Positions 28,224-38,498 of a stretch of DNA of 64,000 nucleotides are shown here, one piece after another; the stretch's first letter is position 1, and each line of letters opens with the position of its first letter. The stretch covers positions 1-64,000 of the forward strand of contig JBMFRX010000006.1 in the NCBI GenBank assembly GCA_049967855.1. Reading direction: 5' to 3'. The position numbers were made by a program, and so were the translations under genes. Source of the stretch: Caldisericaceae bacterium (GTDB lineage: Bacteria > Caldisericota > Caldisericia > Caldisericales > Caldisericaceae). Under the pieces are notes generated by a model. That model did not search any database. It had not been told where the DNA came from and saw only the letters and a list, made by a program, of their open reading frames with translations.

Positions 28224-29117
28224 CTATGATTGCCCCTTTACGCCATCTATTACTCCCTTAAAGAACTGCTTAAGAAAAACCTGCTTGTTCTCGTAAAAGC
28301 CTACAATTGATATAAAACGCTTTATTGTAAAAAGAGGAAGAAAGATTATCCAGAAGTTCAACTGAGAAAGAAACTCTCTCTGTGCCATTATATTGTTTCT
28401 GGTTCCAAAGTACATTCTTTCTGGACGCCCTGAAAGAAAAGTGAAATTTCTGCCAAGTATTTTTACTCGTTTTCGGTATTCGGTGGGGTGATAAATCTTG
28501 CTTTGAGATACAGCGAAACACTCATGTCCATTTTTTTGAGCACGAAGTATGAATTCAGTATCATCATACCAGCCAAAGTATTCTCCCTTGAAAAAGCCTG
28601 CTATATTAAACACTTCTGTGGGGATAAACATTCCAAGCATAGGGCTGATGTTGCACTTGAAGTAGTCTTTCGAATAATTTTCTTCTGGCATCCTTTTTGT
28701 TAAGCCTGTGCGGTTGTTGTACAGAAGAATATTAAAAATCGGCCTCAAAAAATCTCTGTCCCCGTATGTTACTGAGGTAAGAATTATATTGCTTTTATGT
28801 AGTTCATCATACACTCTTATCAGATTGGCAAGTGCTTCTGGATGAACTTCTGCATCATCGTCGAGCATCCAGACAAAATCGTATCCCTTTTCGTGAGCGT
28901 ATCTCTGTCCTGCTTCTGCTCCGCCTGCAGGGCCAAGGTTTTTCGCCTGCAACAGGTACTGCACGGGGAGGTCTCTTAAAACCAAATTTGTGCCATCGGT
29001 TGATGCATTATCAACAACTATTATGTCAGGCACAATCGAGCCTTTCAGAACTGATTGAATAGAGTTTACGAGCAATTCTTTTCGATTATAGGTAATTATG
29101 ATAGCTGCGATTTTCAT
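28224..29117 (-). CDS. GT2-family glycosyltransferase
   Basis: IITYNR, VVDNASTDGT, NLGPAGG, LDDD, WYDDTEF. Confidence 0.88.
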   Translation of the reverse strand: MKIAAIIITYNRKELLVNSIQSVLKGSIVPDIIVVDNASTDGTNLVLRDLPVQYLLQAKNLGPAGGAEAGQRYAHEKGYDFVWMLDDDAEVHPEALANLIRVYDELHKSNIILTSVTYGDRDFLRPIFNILLYNNRTGLTKRMPEENYSKDYFKCNISPMLGMFIPTEVFNIAGFFKGEYFGWYDDTEFILRAQKNGHECFAVSQSKIYHPTEYRKRVKILGRNFTFLSGRPERMYFGTRNNIMAQREFLSQLNFWIIFLPLFTIKRFISIVGFYENKQVFLKQFFKGVIDGVKGQS

Positions 29118-29118
29118 T

Positions 29119-30753
29119 TTACATTGATTCTTTTTTCTCGATTCCCATAAGGTCAAATAACATAGAAAGGGTTATTAAAGAAGCCTTTACAAGGGCAAGT
29201 CTTGGTTGGGCGTATTCCTCTGAATTAAGTACGCGGTGTTTTTGATAGAAAGCATTTATCAACTGACATAGTTCAACAGTTGTAAACGTCAGCCTGTGAA
29301 TGGAATAATCAGCTCCTATGGATTCCAACTCCTCAGTAATGAAAATAAGTCTCTTTATAAGTTCTCTTTCTTCAGGTGTTGAGAGGAGCTCAACGGCAGT
29401 ATTTTTGGCAAATCGTATGTTTCTTAAAGAAGCTTCTTCAAGGATTTTATTGAGCCTTGCATACGTGTATTGAACATAGTAAACTGGGTTATCCATCGAT
29501 TTCTGCTTTGCAAGCCCCAAGTCGAAATTCAGGTGAGTGTCTGCGCTCTTTTGAAGGAAGAAAAAACGAGCAGCATCCTTTCCGACTTCTTCGATGAGCT
29601 CATCGAGAGTTACAAAGCTCCCTGTGTGTTTTGACATCACTATTTCCTCGCCATTTTCATAGAGGTGCACAATTTGATAGATTATTACTTCAAGGAAGTC
29701 TTTTGGTAATCCTGCCCCAGTAAGAAGCGCTTTCAAAGGGATTATGTGGCCAAAGTGGTCTGCTCCCCACACGTCAATAGCTTTTGAAAAACCTCTTCCC
29801 CACTTGTTTATATGGTAAGCTACATCACCTAAAACATAGGTCGGCTCTCCGTTGTTTCTCACGATTACCCTGTCTTTATCATCGCCGAATACTGTCGTCT
29901 TGAACCATAATGCCCCTTCTGACTGGTATGTATGACCTGAGTTCTTTAGCAGTTCTATTGCTTTTTCGATAGAATTATTTCCTTCGTATAGGCTCGATTC
30001 AAAAAACCAACTGTCAAAAGTAATTCCGAACATAGATAGTGACTTTCTGATGCTTTCAATCATTTTCTCTTTGCCGAAGTTTCTTATGAATTGAAATCTG
30101 CTTTCTGGTTCGGTATTCAGCAATTCTCTGCCTTGTTTAATGAACAAATCTTGCGCTATATCTTCTATGTATTTTCCTCTATAGCCATCGTCAGGGAAAA
30201 TGCTTTCCTGTCCACAAGCTTTGAGATAATAGAATTCAATTGATTTTGCAAACCCATCCATTTTGCTGCCAGCATCGTTTACGTAGTATTCTCTTTGAAC
30301 GCTGTAACCTAAAAGTGTGAGAATGTTAGCAAGAACGTCGCCTATGATGCCTCCACGGCCGTTACCAATATGAAGAGGCCCTGTAGGATTGGCGCTAACA
30401 AACTCTATTTGTATCTTCTCGTTTTTTGATGGTTTATGAAAATAGTGTTCTTGCTCTGTAATTAGTTCTTCGAGGAACGCTCTGATTGATGCGTCACTCA
30501 AAGTGAAGTTCAAATAACCAGGCTTTGCAACTGAGACAGTGCTGAAATACTCAGGCAGGATATGCGATTTAATCTGCTCTGCGATTTGCAACGGATTTTT
30601 GTGAAGCATTTTTGCAAGTTTGAATGGGACGGTGGTTGCAAAATCAGCAATGCCTTCAGGGGCTAAGCCTATATCGCACTGAGCAAACTCAACCTTAGGG
30701 AATGCCAATCTTACAGCGCTGTCAACTGTCCTCTTGATTTCTTCAATCTTCAT
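29119..30753 (-). CDS. argS: Arginine--tRNA ligase
   Basis: EFVSANPTGPLHIGNGR, DDKDRV, WGADH, MSK, NPVYYVQY. Confidence 0.96.
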   Translation of the reverse strand: MKIEEIKRTVDSAVRLAFPKVEFAQCDIGLAPEGIADFATTVPFKLAKMLHKNPLQIAEQIKSHILPEYFSTVSVAKPGYLNFTLSDASIRAFLEELITEQEHYFHKPSKNEKIQIEFVSANPTGPLHIGNGRGGIIGDVLANILTLLGYSVQREYYVNDAGSKMDGFAKSIEFYYLKACGQESIFPDDGYRGKYIEDIAQDLFIKQGRELLNTEPESRFQFIRNFGKEKMIESIRKSLSMFGITFDSWFFESSLYEGNNSIEKAIELLKNSGHTYQSEGALWFKTTVFGDDKDRVIVRNNGEPTYVLGDVAYHINKWGRGFSKAIDVWGADHFGHIIPLKALLTGAGLPKDFLEVIIYQIVHLYENGEEIVMSKHTGSFVTLDELIEEVGKDAARFFFLQKSADTHLNFDLGLAKQKSMDNPVYYVQYTYARLNKILEEASLRNIRFAKNTAVELLSTPEERELIKRLIFITEELESIGADYSIHRLTFTTVELCQLINAFYQKHRVLNSEEYAQPRLALVKASLITLSMLFDLMGIEKKESM

Positions 30754-32188
30754 ATGTGAGGATAGGTTTAAGTGCCGCTTTGGTCTCATCGCATCTTCTG
30801 ACAGGTGTTGAATGAGGCGCTTCCCTTAGTAAATCTGGATTAGTTTTTGCCTCCGAGGAAATGCTAATCATTGCATCAATAAATGCATCGAGCGTTTCTT
30901 TGCTCTCAGACTCTGTTGGCTCTATCATTATTGTTTCCTCGGCAAATGGTTCAAAGTGTGGAAAGTAAATTGTTGGTGGGTGAAATCCATAATCCATAAT
31001 CCTTTTGGCTATGTCGAGAGTTTTAACCTGATACTGTTTGTAGTCTCTTCCCGTCAGAACGCACTCGTGCATACAGAATTTATCGTAAGCGGGCCTGAAA
31101 TATTTCTTAAGTTTTGCCATAATGTAATTGGCATTGATTACGCTCATTTCTGCGACTTCTCTTATGTTTTCTTTTCCCATTGAAAGAATCCAGGCGTAGG
31201 CTTTAACAAGGACCGAGAAATTGCCGTAAAAAGCTCTAACTTTGCCTATAGTCTTCTTCGGTTCTTCGAAGGCATAATAATCATTACACTTGCATACAAG
31301 TGGAGTTGGTAAAAATTCCGCAAGATTCTTCTTTACTCCAACTGCTCCAACCCCAGGTCCTCCAGAACCGTGAGGGGTAGAGAACGTCTTATGCAAGTTC
31401 AAATGAACCACGTCGAAGCCAACGTCTCCAGGACGAACTATCGCAAGAAGTGCGTTAAGATTTGCTCCGTCATAGTAAAGCAACCCGCCTTTCTTGTGGA
31501 CTATTTCTGCTATTTGCACAATATCTTCCTCAAAAATGCCTGCAGTATTGGGATTGGTGAGCATAATGCCTGCGGTGTCATCGTCCATAAGTTTATCCAG
31601 GTCATTAACGTCGACCGTCCCGTTGATGTTTGATTTAACTTCTATTACCTTGAAACCTGCCATTGATGAAGAAGCCGGGTTTGTTCCATGTGCCGAGTCT
31701 GGGACAATCATTTTATGGCGAGGCTTGCCAGAGTCTTCAAAATATTTTCTTATTATCAAAACGCCAGTGAGTTCCCCGTGAGCGCCTGCTGCTGGAGAAA
31801 GCGTAAAACGTTCCATCCCTGTAATCTCTTTTAGGAGTTGCTCGAGTTCGTAAATCACTTGAAGGCTACCTTGAATGTATTGCTCATCTGCAAAAGGATG
31901 TGCGCCTGTGAATCTGTCGATGGATGCGAGGCTTTCGTTGATTTTTGGATTGTACTTCATAGTGCAAGAGCCCAGTGGATAGAAGCCTGAGTCTAAGCCG
32001 TAGTTCATTTTTGCAAGATTAGCAAAGTGCCTTACTACATCAACTTCTGAGACTTCAGGAAGCAATTTTCTGTCTTTAGAGAGCGCATAATCCGGCAAGA
32101 AAGAACTTAGAGCAATATCGCTCATTGGGCCTTCAGGTAATGAGTATCCCTTTCTCTGTTCAATACTTTCTTCGTATATGAGTTTCAT
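30743..32188 (-). CDS. gcvPB: Glycine dehydrogenase subunit 2
   Basis: YPLGSCTMKYNP, SAHGTNPAS, NLHKTFSTPHGSGGPG. Confidence 0.96.
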   Translation of the reverse strand: MKLIYEESIEQRKGYSLPEGPMSDIALSSFLPDYALSKDRKLLPEVSEVDVVRHFANLAKMNYGLDSGFYPLGSCTMKYNPKINESLASIDRFTGAHPFADEQYIQGSLQVIYELEQLLKEITGMERFTLSPAAGAHGELTGVLIIRKYFEDSGKPRHKMIVPDSAHGTNPASSSMAGFKVIEVKSNINGTVDVNDLDKLMDDDTAGIMLTNPNTAGIFEEDIVQIAEIVHKKGGLLYYDGANLNALLAIVRPGDVGFDVVHLNLHKTFSTPHGSGGPGVGAVGVKKNLAEFLPTPLVCKCNDYYAFEEPKKTIGKVRAFYGNFSVLVKAYAWILSMGKENIREVAEMSVINANYIMAKLKKYFRPAYDKFCMHECVLTGRDYKQYQVKTLDIAKRIMDYGFHPPTIYFPHFEPFAEETIMIEPTESESKETLDAFIDAMISISSEAKTNPDLLREAPHSTPVRRCDETKAALKPILTYED

Positions 32189-32192
32189 TTGT

Positions 32193-33527
32193 TCACCTCG
32201 AAAGAATTCTAGCAATTTTGTCAATGTCATCTTCTGAGAGAATTTCGGTTGCAGCAAAAAGAAGGTAGGGTTGGAAGTCTTCTAAAAGGTTACCAATCTT
32301 GAGCGGAGGAAGGTACCCGTTATCTAGCAGTTGATGTTCAATGTAATCAAAATCAAGGGTTGTCTTCAGTGCAAATTCGTTGAAGAAAGGATAATCTTCG
32401 CCTGAGAATTTGCCAGTTTCAAGCAGTTTTTCTCTAAGGTAATGAGCCAGTCTTGTGTTGAGAGACGCAAGTTCAAAAATCCCATTTCTGCCGTATAGAG
32501 AAAGATACGCATTTATGGCAAATAGATTGAGCGAGTGATTGGAGCAGATGTTTGACGTAGCTTTCTCCCGCCTGATATCCTGCTCTCTGCTTCTGAGCGT
32601 CATTACAAAAGCCCTCTTTCCATCAACGTCTGTTGTTTCACCTGCTATTCTGCCTGGTAGCTGTCTCATAAATTCTTTGTTTGTGCCTATAAAACCATTG
32701 TACGGTCCTCCCAGGTTCAAGTCCATTCCAAAAGACTGTGCCTCCCCTGCCACGATATCAACAGAAAGTTCTTGAGGATTTTTGAGGATTCCTAATGAGA
32801 GACTTTCAACAACTAGCTGTATTGCAAGTGCGCCGAATTTTTTTGACAATGAAGCAATTGTTCGAACGTCTTCGATTCCTCCAAAGAAGTTTGGACTTTG
32901 GACGATTACTGCTGCAGTGTTGTTATCGAGAAAACTTTCAATTTCATCTAGATCAGTGAGCATACCTTTGACGTTTGCAAAACGGATTTCGAGGTTATGA
33001 GGTTCCGTATAAGCCTTTATAGTCTCTATGTAATGAGGATGGAGTGAAGAGGAGACGATGATTTTGTTCTTGTGGGTGAGCCTCATTGCCATTAGAACTG
33101 ATTCTGCAAGGGCTGAAGCACCGTCGTACATAGATGGAACAATTACTTCCATTCCCGTAAGCCTTGAGAGATGTGTTTGAACTTCAAACATATTTTGCAA
33201 AGTTCCCTGGCTAAGTTCAGGTTGGTAGGGAGTGTATGCAGTGTAGAAATTAGCATTTGCAGTGACTGTTCTAACAACTTCTGGTATGTAGTGTTTATAA
33301 GAGCCAGCTCCAACCAAAGGCTTGAGCGAGCCGAAGTCTAAATTCTTCTTTGAGATATCGTTAAGTTTTTGAAAGAGTTCACTCTCGGTTAAAGAAGAGG
33401 GGATTGCAAGCTCCCCTCTTACTCTAATTGCATCTGGAATATTCTTTATTAGCTCTTCAAATGACGACACCCCAATCTCTTTAAGCATTTGTTCTTTTTG
33501 CTTCTGAGTATTTGGAATATATCGCAT
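32193..33527 (-). CDS. gcvPA: Glycine dehydrogenase subunit 1
   Basis: FYTAYTPYQPELSQG, SMYDGA, REQDIRREKATSNICSN. Confidence 0.96.
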   Translation of the reverse strand: MRYIPNTQKQKEQMLKEIGVSSFEELIKNIPDAIRVRGELAIPSSLTESELFQKLNDISKKNLDFGSLKPLVGAGSYKHYIPEVVRTVTANANFYTAYTPYQPELSQGTLQNMFEVQTHLSRLTGMEVIVPSMYDGASALAESVLMAMRLTHKNKIIVSSSLHPHYIETIKAYTEPHNLEIRFANVKGMLTDLDEIESFLDNNTAAVIVQSPNFFGGIEDVRTIASLSKKFGALAIQLVVESLSLGILKNPQELSVDIVAGEAQSFGMDLNLGGPYNGFIGTNKEFMRQLPGRIAGETTDVDGKRAFVMTLRSREQDIRREKATSNICSNHSLNLFAINAYLSLYGRNGIFELASLNTRLAHYLREKLLETGKFSGEDYPFFNEFALKTTLDFDYIEHQLLDNGYLPPLKIGNLLEDFQPYLLFAATEILSEDDIDKIARILSR

Positions 33528-33531
33528 TTGT

Positions 33532-33918
33532 TTACTCTTTTCTGTATTCGGAATATGCCTTTGCGTCCATTAAGTCTTTCAGCTCTTCTGGGTTAGAGAG
33601 CTTAATTTTGAATAACCATCCCTCGCCGTAAGGGTCTTTGTTAAGGATAGCACTGTCTGACACGGGTGCTTTGTTCACTTCGACGATTTCGCCACTCACA
33701 GGAGCATTTATGTCTGAAGCAGCTTTTACTGATTCGACAGTCAATACAACGTCTTCTTTGGCAACTTTCTTTCCAACTGAAGCTTCTTCAACGTAGACAA
33801 CGTCGCCAAGTTTGTCCTGGGCATAGTCTGTAACGCCAACAGTGCCGACTCCGTTCTCCACTTTCATCCACTCGTCGCCTTTTGTGTAGTAAAGGCCTTC
33901 TACGACTTTAAATTCCAT
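33532..33918 (-). CDS. gcvH: Glycine cleavage H protein
   Basis: GVTDYAQ..LGD, VESVKA lipoyl lysine, NKDPYGEGW. Confidence 0.96.
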   Translation of the reverse strand: MEFKVVEGLYYTKGDEWMKVENGVGTVGVTDYAQDKLGDVVYVEEASVGKKVAKEDVVLTVESVKAASDINAPVSGEIVEVNKAPVSDSAILNKDPYGEGWLFKIKLSNPEELKDLMDAKAYSEYRKE

Positions 33919-33960
33919 TTTAACCTCCTAAAATTTAGACTCGGTAATTCAACTTACGAT

Positions 33961-34590
33961 TTATTTTCTTTTGTTCATTAGCTCCATAAGCTCATTAAGT
34001 TTGTAATCAGGTATTGGCTTAACCCCTTCGAGAGAATTTGCAACTATTATCATTTTGCAGAGGCTCTCCAGCTCTTCCATTCTTCGATAAGCTCTCTCCA
34101 GGTCTTCTCCTACGGTCAATGCGCCGTGATTAGAAAGAAGCACTGCATTATGGTTCTTTATTACCTTTTGGATGCTTTCCGCAAGCTCTTTTGACGAAGT
34201 CACCTCGTAGTAAACGATTGGCACTTCGCCAAGATTAACGGTGCACTCTTCGTGTATATTATTTGGAATGGGGTGTTGTGCTATTGAAAAGCCCGTTGCA
34301 ATTGGAGGATGTGCATGAATTATTGCGTTTACGTCGGGCCGCGTTTTATATGTTGTAATGTGAAAAAGTATTTCTGTTGAAGGCTTGCCATTTCCTTCAA
34401 GAACGTTTCCCTTGAAATCTATAACCAGGACATCAGAGTAGTCAAGTGTGTCTTTGGGAACTCCAGATGGCGTAATGTAAATGTATTCTTCATCTCGGAC
34501 AGAGAAGTTGCCTCCGTAACCGTTGTTCAAGTCACGCTCGTAGAGCCGTTTGCCAATAGATGCTATATCTTCTTTTATGTTTCTCTTCAT
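33961..34590 (-). CDS. Class II aldolase/adducin-family protein (FucA/MtnB-like)
   Basis: GNFS, ITPSG, KPSTE, HAHP, NHG metal ligands. Confidence 0.88.
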   Translation of the reverse strand: MKRNIKEDIASIGKRLYERDLNNGYGGNFSVRDEEYIYITPSGVPKDTLDYSDVLVIDFKGNVLEGNGKPSTEILFHITTYKTRPDVNAIIHAHPPIATGFSIAQHPIPNNIHEECTVNLGEVPIVYYEVTSSKELAESIQKVIKNHNAVLLSNHGALTVGEDLERAYRRMEELESLCKMIIVANSLEGVKPIPDYKLNELMELMNKRK

Positions 34591-34773
34591 TCAGATTCTC
34601 CTTTTGTTCATTACTACTCATTGAATTTCTTTATTATTATACATTAAAACAAAGTTTTGCAAAAGTTTGCCCTGCTTACTGGAAAATTTGCGGGTTTTAA
34701 CACTGCATAAGGAATTACAGTTTTGATTTTTGCTCTGTTCTGCTAAAATATACGCGCTTGCGGAGGTGGCAAA

Positions 34774-35547
34774 ATGATAGTTGCAGTTGATGTAGGAAAT
34801 ACGAATATTGTTTTTGGCTTCATTGAAAGCCGTAAAGTTCTCAATGTTTTCAGGATCTCAACAGATAGTGGAAGAACGTCAGACGAATACAAAATACTCT
34901 TGGGTCTTTTTATGAAGGATGAAGGCATAGACTTATCGGGAGTGGAGGATTTTGTCATTTCGTCCGTTGTACCTCCTTTGACTCCAATCTTCAAAACTGT
35001 TGCTAAGAAGATGACAGGTAGTGAAGGCATAATTATTAGCAGTGATTTGGATACTGGAATAAGGTTTGATGTAGACGAACCAAAGCTTACAGGTACTGAC
35101 AGAATCTGTAATGTTTTCGAAGCCCACAGGATTTTTCCTAAAGAAAACGCAGTCGTTGTAGATTTTGGCACTGCAACGACGTTTAGTGTCGTTACAAGGG
35201 AAGGGGCGTTCGTTGGCGGTCCAATTTCTATAGGGATAATAGCCGCCGCTACTGAGCTTTTCAGAAAGACTTCGCAGCTTCCAAGAATAGAATTAGGTAA
35301 ACCGAGAAGCATCATAGGCAAGAACACAGTTGAAGAGATGCAGTCAGGCATAGTTATGGGGCTTGGGGGCATGATTGACAGATTAATTGAAGGCATCGAA
35401 ACAGAATTGAACGAGCCAGTGCGGGCAATTGCAACTGGTGGTATCTCGCATGTAATGGAAGGCGTCTCAAGGAAAATAGAATTTTTTGATAAGTTTCTTA
35501 CTCTAAAAGGAATCTACGGAATTTATGAGCGTATCAAAAACAGTTGA
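34774..35547 (+). CDS. coaX: Type III pantothenate kinase
   Basis: DVGNT, SSVVP, G.DR, VDFGTATT, ATGG. Confidence 0.93.
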   Translation: MIVAVDVGNTNIVFGFIESRKVLNVFRISTDSGRTSDEYKILLGLFMKDEGIDLSGVEDFVISSVVPPLTPIFKTVAKKMTGSEGIIISSDLDTGIRFDVDEPKLTGTDRICNVFEAHRIFPKENAVVVDFGTATTFSVVTREGAFVGGPISIGIIAAATELFRKTSQLPRIELGKPRSIIGKNTVEEMQSGIVMGLGGMIDRLIEGIETELNEPVRAIATGGISHVMEGVSRKIEFFDKFLTLKGIYGIYERIKNS

Positions 35548-36514
35548 TATAGGCAAGTTGCATTTAAGTGAGCCAGTGTTCCTTGCACCCCTTGCTGGAT
35601 ATACCGATTCACCTTTTCGCAGAATTGTCAGGAAGTTTAGTTCAGGGCTTGTTTTCACTGAAATGATAAGTTCAATGGGAATTTTCTACGAGGATGCAAA
35701 AACGCTTGAGCTTCTTAAATTTGAGGAAATAGAACATCCAATTGCGGGGCAGATTTTTGGCAGTGACCCAGATAAGCTTGCGTTTGCAGCAAAGGTTGTC
35801 GAGGACAATGGTTTCGATGCAGTTGATATAAATATGGGCTGCCCAACTCCAAAGATACTCAAATCGAATTCAGGTGGAGCGCTTCTGAGAGACTTAAGCC
35901 AAGTTGCCGCAATTCTTAATAGCGTGAGAAGAGCCGTAGATGTTCCGCTGACCATAAAGGTCAGAAAAGGGTTCAGAAAAGGTGAGAACATTCTAAGCGA
36001 AGTTATAAACATTGCCGAAAGCGAAGGAGTCGATGCAATTACAATCCACGGGATTACTGTTGAAGAAGGCTTTGAGAGAGATGCTGAAGATTGGGAAAGC
36101 ATAAGAGATGTGAAGGTAATTGCAACAATTCCAGTAATAGGAAACGGAGGCATAAAGACAGAGTCTGACGCAAAGAAAATGTTCGATTTAACTAATGTTG
36201 ATGCTTTAATGATTGGGAGAGCTGCGTTGAGTAAGCCCTGGTTTATGAAATCTTGTGAAAATTTTATGGCAGATGGCTCAACTTTTTCTCTTTCAATAAA
36301 TGAAAAATTGAATATAATTATAGAACATATAGAAATGGAAATTGAAGAGAAAGGTGAGCAAGTTGGCGTTAAAGAAATGAGGAAATTTATTCAAGGTTAT
36401 GCTTACGGTATGAAGGGAGCGACGCATTTCAGGAATAAGCTGAACGAAGCTTTGACGAGAGAAGAGTTATTAGCCCTTGTAAGGGGCTTTTTTGTTGATA
36501 AGGAGGAATTATGA
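35525..36514 (+). CDS. dusB: tRNA-dihydrouridine synthase
   Basis: LAPLAG.TD..FR, DINMGCP, GNGGI, IGR. Confidence 0.88.
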   Translation: MSVSKTVDIGKLHLSEPVFLAPLAGYTDSPFRRIVRKFSSGLVFTEMISSMGIFYEDAKTLELLKFEEIEHPIAGQIFGSDPDKLAFAAKVVEDNGFDAVDINMGCPTPKILKSNSGGALLRDLSQVAAILNSVRRAVDVPLTIKVRKGFRKGENILSEVINIAESEGVDAITIHGITVEEGFERDAEDWESIRDVKVIATIPVIGNGGIKTESDAKKMFDLTNVDALMIGRAALSKPWFMKSCENFMADGSTFSLSINEKLNIIIEHIEMEIEEKGEQVGVKEMRKFIQGYAYGMKGATHFRNKLNEALTREELLALVRGFFVDKEEL

Positions 36515-37005
36515 TAGAAGAAGAGAATGGCAAAGTACTAATATCAAAGCAGGGGCTTGAAGACCTGCAGAAGAGACTTGATTTCTTGAGGACGGTAAAG
36601 AGGCAAGAGATTTCTGAAAAAATCAAACAGGCAATCGCTTTCGGAGACCTTTCTGAAAATGCGGAGTATGATGCTGCCAAGCAGGAACAGGCGTTTATTG
36701 AAAGCGAAATTGCCGAACTTGAGGGAGTTTTGGCGAGAACTGAGCTTATCGATGAACATCTTGTTGAGACTGATAAAGTCAATGTGGGGTGCAAGGTCAC
36801 TTTGAAGAATGTTGAAACCAAGGAAAAGGTTATTTACTACATCACAGGCCCAATGGAGGCAGATCCTGATAATAACAAAATTTCAGGAAGTTCACCTGTA
36901 GGGCAGGGTTTGATGGGGCATAAGGTAAATGATATTGTAGAGATAAAAATTCCGAGAGGAATAGTAAGCTACAAGATAATGAAAATCGAGAAAGGGGATA
37001 AATAA
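36511..37005 (+). CDS. greA: Transcription elongation factor GreA
   Basis: GDLSENAEYDAAK, IS..SPVG. Confidence 0.95.
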   Translation: MIEEENGKVLISKQGLEDLQKRLDFLRTVKRQEISEKIKQAIAFGDLSENAEYDAAKQEQAFIESEIAELEGVLARTELIDEHLVETDKVNVGCKVTLKNVETKEKVIYYITGPMEADPDNNKISGSSPVGQGLMGHKVNDIVEIKIPRGIVSYKIMKIEKGDK

Positions 37006-38498
37006 TGAGTGACGATGCCTTTAACGAAGTAGAGCAAAAGCGAAAGGAGCTGGTTCTTTTCCTTAAATCATCTGGGGTAAACCCTTTTGGCCACAGATTT
37101 ATTACCCCGATGAGCAACAAGGAACTTGTCGATAATTTTGAGGGTTTGACTGGGACAGATATTGAAGCGAAAGGCAGAATCATTGCTATCAGAGGCCACG
37201 GTAAGGCAAGCTTTGTGAGCATCAGAGACTTTTCAGGAGATATTCAGGTTTATTTCAGGCTTGACAATGTAGGTGAGGAAAAGTACGAGTTCTTCAAAAA
37301 GGCAATTGATACAGGCGATTTTATTGGAGTTAAGGGGCAACTTTTCAAGACGCACACAGGGGAGATTACAGTGGAGGTTAAGGAGTTTGAACTTCTTTCA
37401 AAAGCCATAAGAGTGCTTCCTGAGAAGTGGCACGGATTGAAAGACCCAGAAATAAGATATAGAAGGCGATACCTTGACCTCGTCTCGAATAGAGAAGTGC
37501 TCGACCTTTTTGTGAAACGCAGTAAAGCTATTAATGCAATAAGAGGATTTCTTACAGAGCAAGGATTCATTGAAGTTGAGACTCCTATGCTTCAGCCGAT
37601 TCCGGGAGGGGCAAGCGCCAAGCCTTTTGTTACATATTACAATGCACTTGAGCAGAATATGTATCTGAGAATTGCTCCAGAACTATATTTAAAGCGGCTT
37701 ATTATAGGTGGTTTCGAAAAGGTTTTTGAACTGAACAGAAATTTCCGCAACGAAGGCATTTCATTGAGGCATAACCCCGAGTTTACGATGCTAGAAGCGT
37801 ATTGGGCATACGCAGATTATAATGACGTGATGACACTCACAGAACGACTCCTTTTCAGCACTGCAACAAGTATAAATGGCAAGGCAACCTGTGAATTTGG
37901 TGAAAATGTTATTGACTTTACTCCTCCATTCAAGAGGATTAAGTTCAATGATGCTTTGAAGCAATATGCAGGAGTTACAGTCGATGAGCTAAGAGACGTC
38001 GAAAACGCTAAACGAGTTATTGCAAGTTTGGGAATAAAGATGGATAAAAGTTTTACTATCGGAAATATTATCAATGAAATATTTGACAAGAAAGTTGAGC
38101 AAAATCTTATTCAACCAACCTTCGTTTATGAGTTTCCAATAGAAATTTCTCCGCTTGCGAAGCGTACAGAGAACGACCCGCATATGGTAGACAGATTTGA
38201 ACTTTTCATATCAGGGCTTGAACTTGCAAATGCTTTTTCTGAGCTAAACGACCCACTTGACCAGTATGAGCGTTTTGCCGCACAAATCGAGGCTAAAAAC
38301 AAAGGCGAAGAGGAAACACAAGAAATGGATACCGATTATGTAGAGGCAATGGAGTATGGTTTGCCTCCAACGGGAGGGCTTGGAATTGGAATAGACAGGC
38401 TTGTTATGATTCTCACTGGTTCGCCATCGATAAGAGAAGTTATTCTTTTCCCTCAACTTAAGAAGAAAGAGGTAAATGAAGAAGAAAACGAGCAGTAG
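37005..38498 (+). CDS. lysS: Lysine--tRNA ligase (class II)
   Basis: LPEKWHGL, YLRIAPELYLKRL, FRNEG...HNPEF, GIGIDRL. Confidence 0.97.
   Translation: MSDDAFNEVEQKRKELVLFLKSSGVNPFGHRFITPMSNKELVDNFEGLTGTDIEAKGRIIAIRGHGKASFVSIRDFSGDIQVYFRLDNVGEEKYEFFKKAIDTGDFIGVKGQLFKTHTGEITVEVKEFELLSKAIRVLPEKWHGLKDPEIRYRRRYLDLVSNREVLDLFVKRSKAINAIRGFLTEQGFIEVETPMLQPIPGGASAKPFVTYYNALEQNMYLRIAPELYLKRLIIGGFEKVFELNRNFRNEGISLRHNPEFTMLEAYWAYADYNDVMTLTERLLFSTATSINGKATCEFGENVIDFTPPFKRIKFNDALKQYAGVTVDELRDVENAKRVIASLGIKMDKSFTIGNIINEIFDKKVEQNLIQPTFVYEFPIEISPLAKRTENDPHMVDRFELFISGLELANAFSELNDPLDQYERFAAQIEAKNKGEEETQEMDTDYVEAMEYGLPPTGGLGIGIDRLVMILTGSPSIREVILFPQLKKKEVNEEENEQ

Noticed and set aside
34743..35396. Long antisense ORFs (217 aa over coaX, and similar ones over dppC, dusB, tal, scpA and the NHL gene)
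   Set aside because: Shadow frames of well-supported genes with no motifs or SD.
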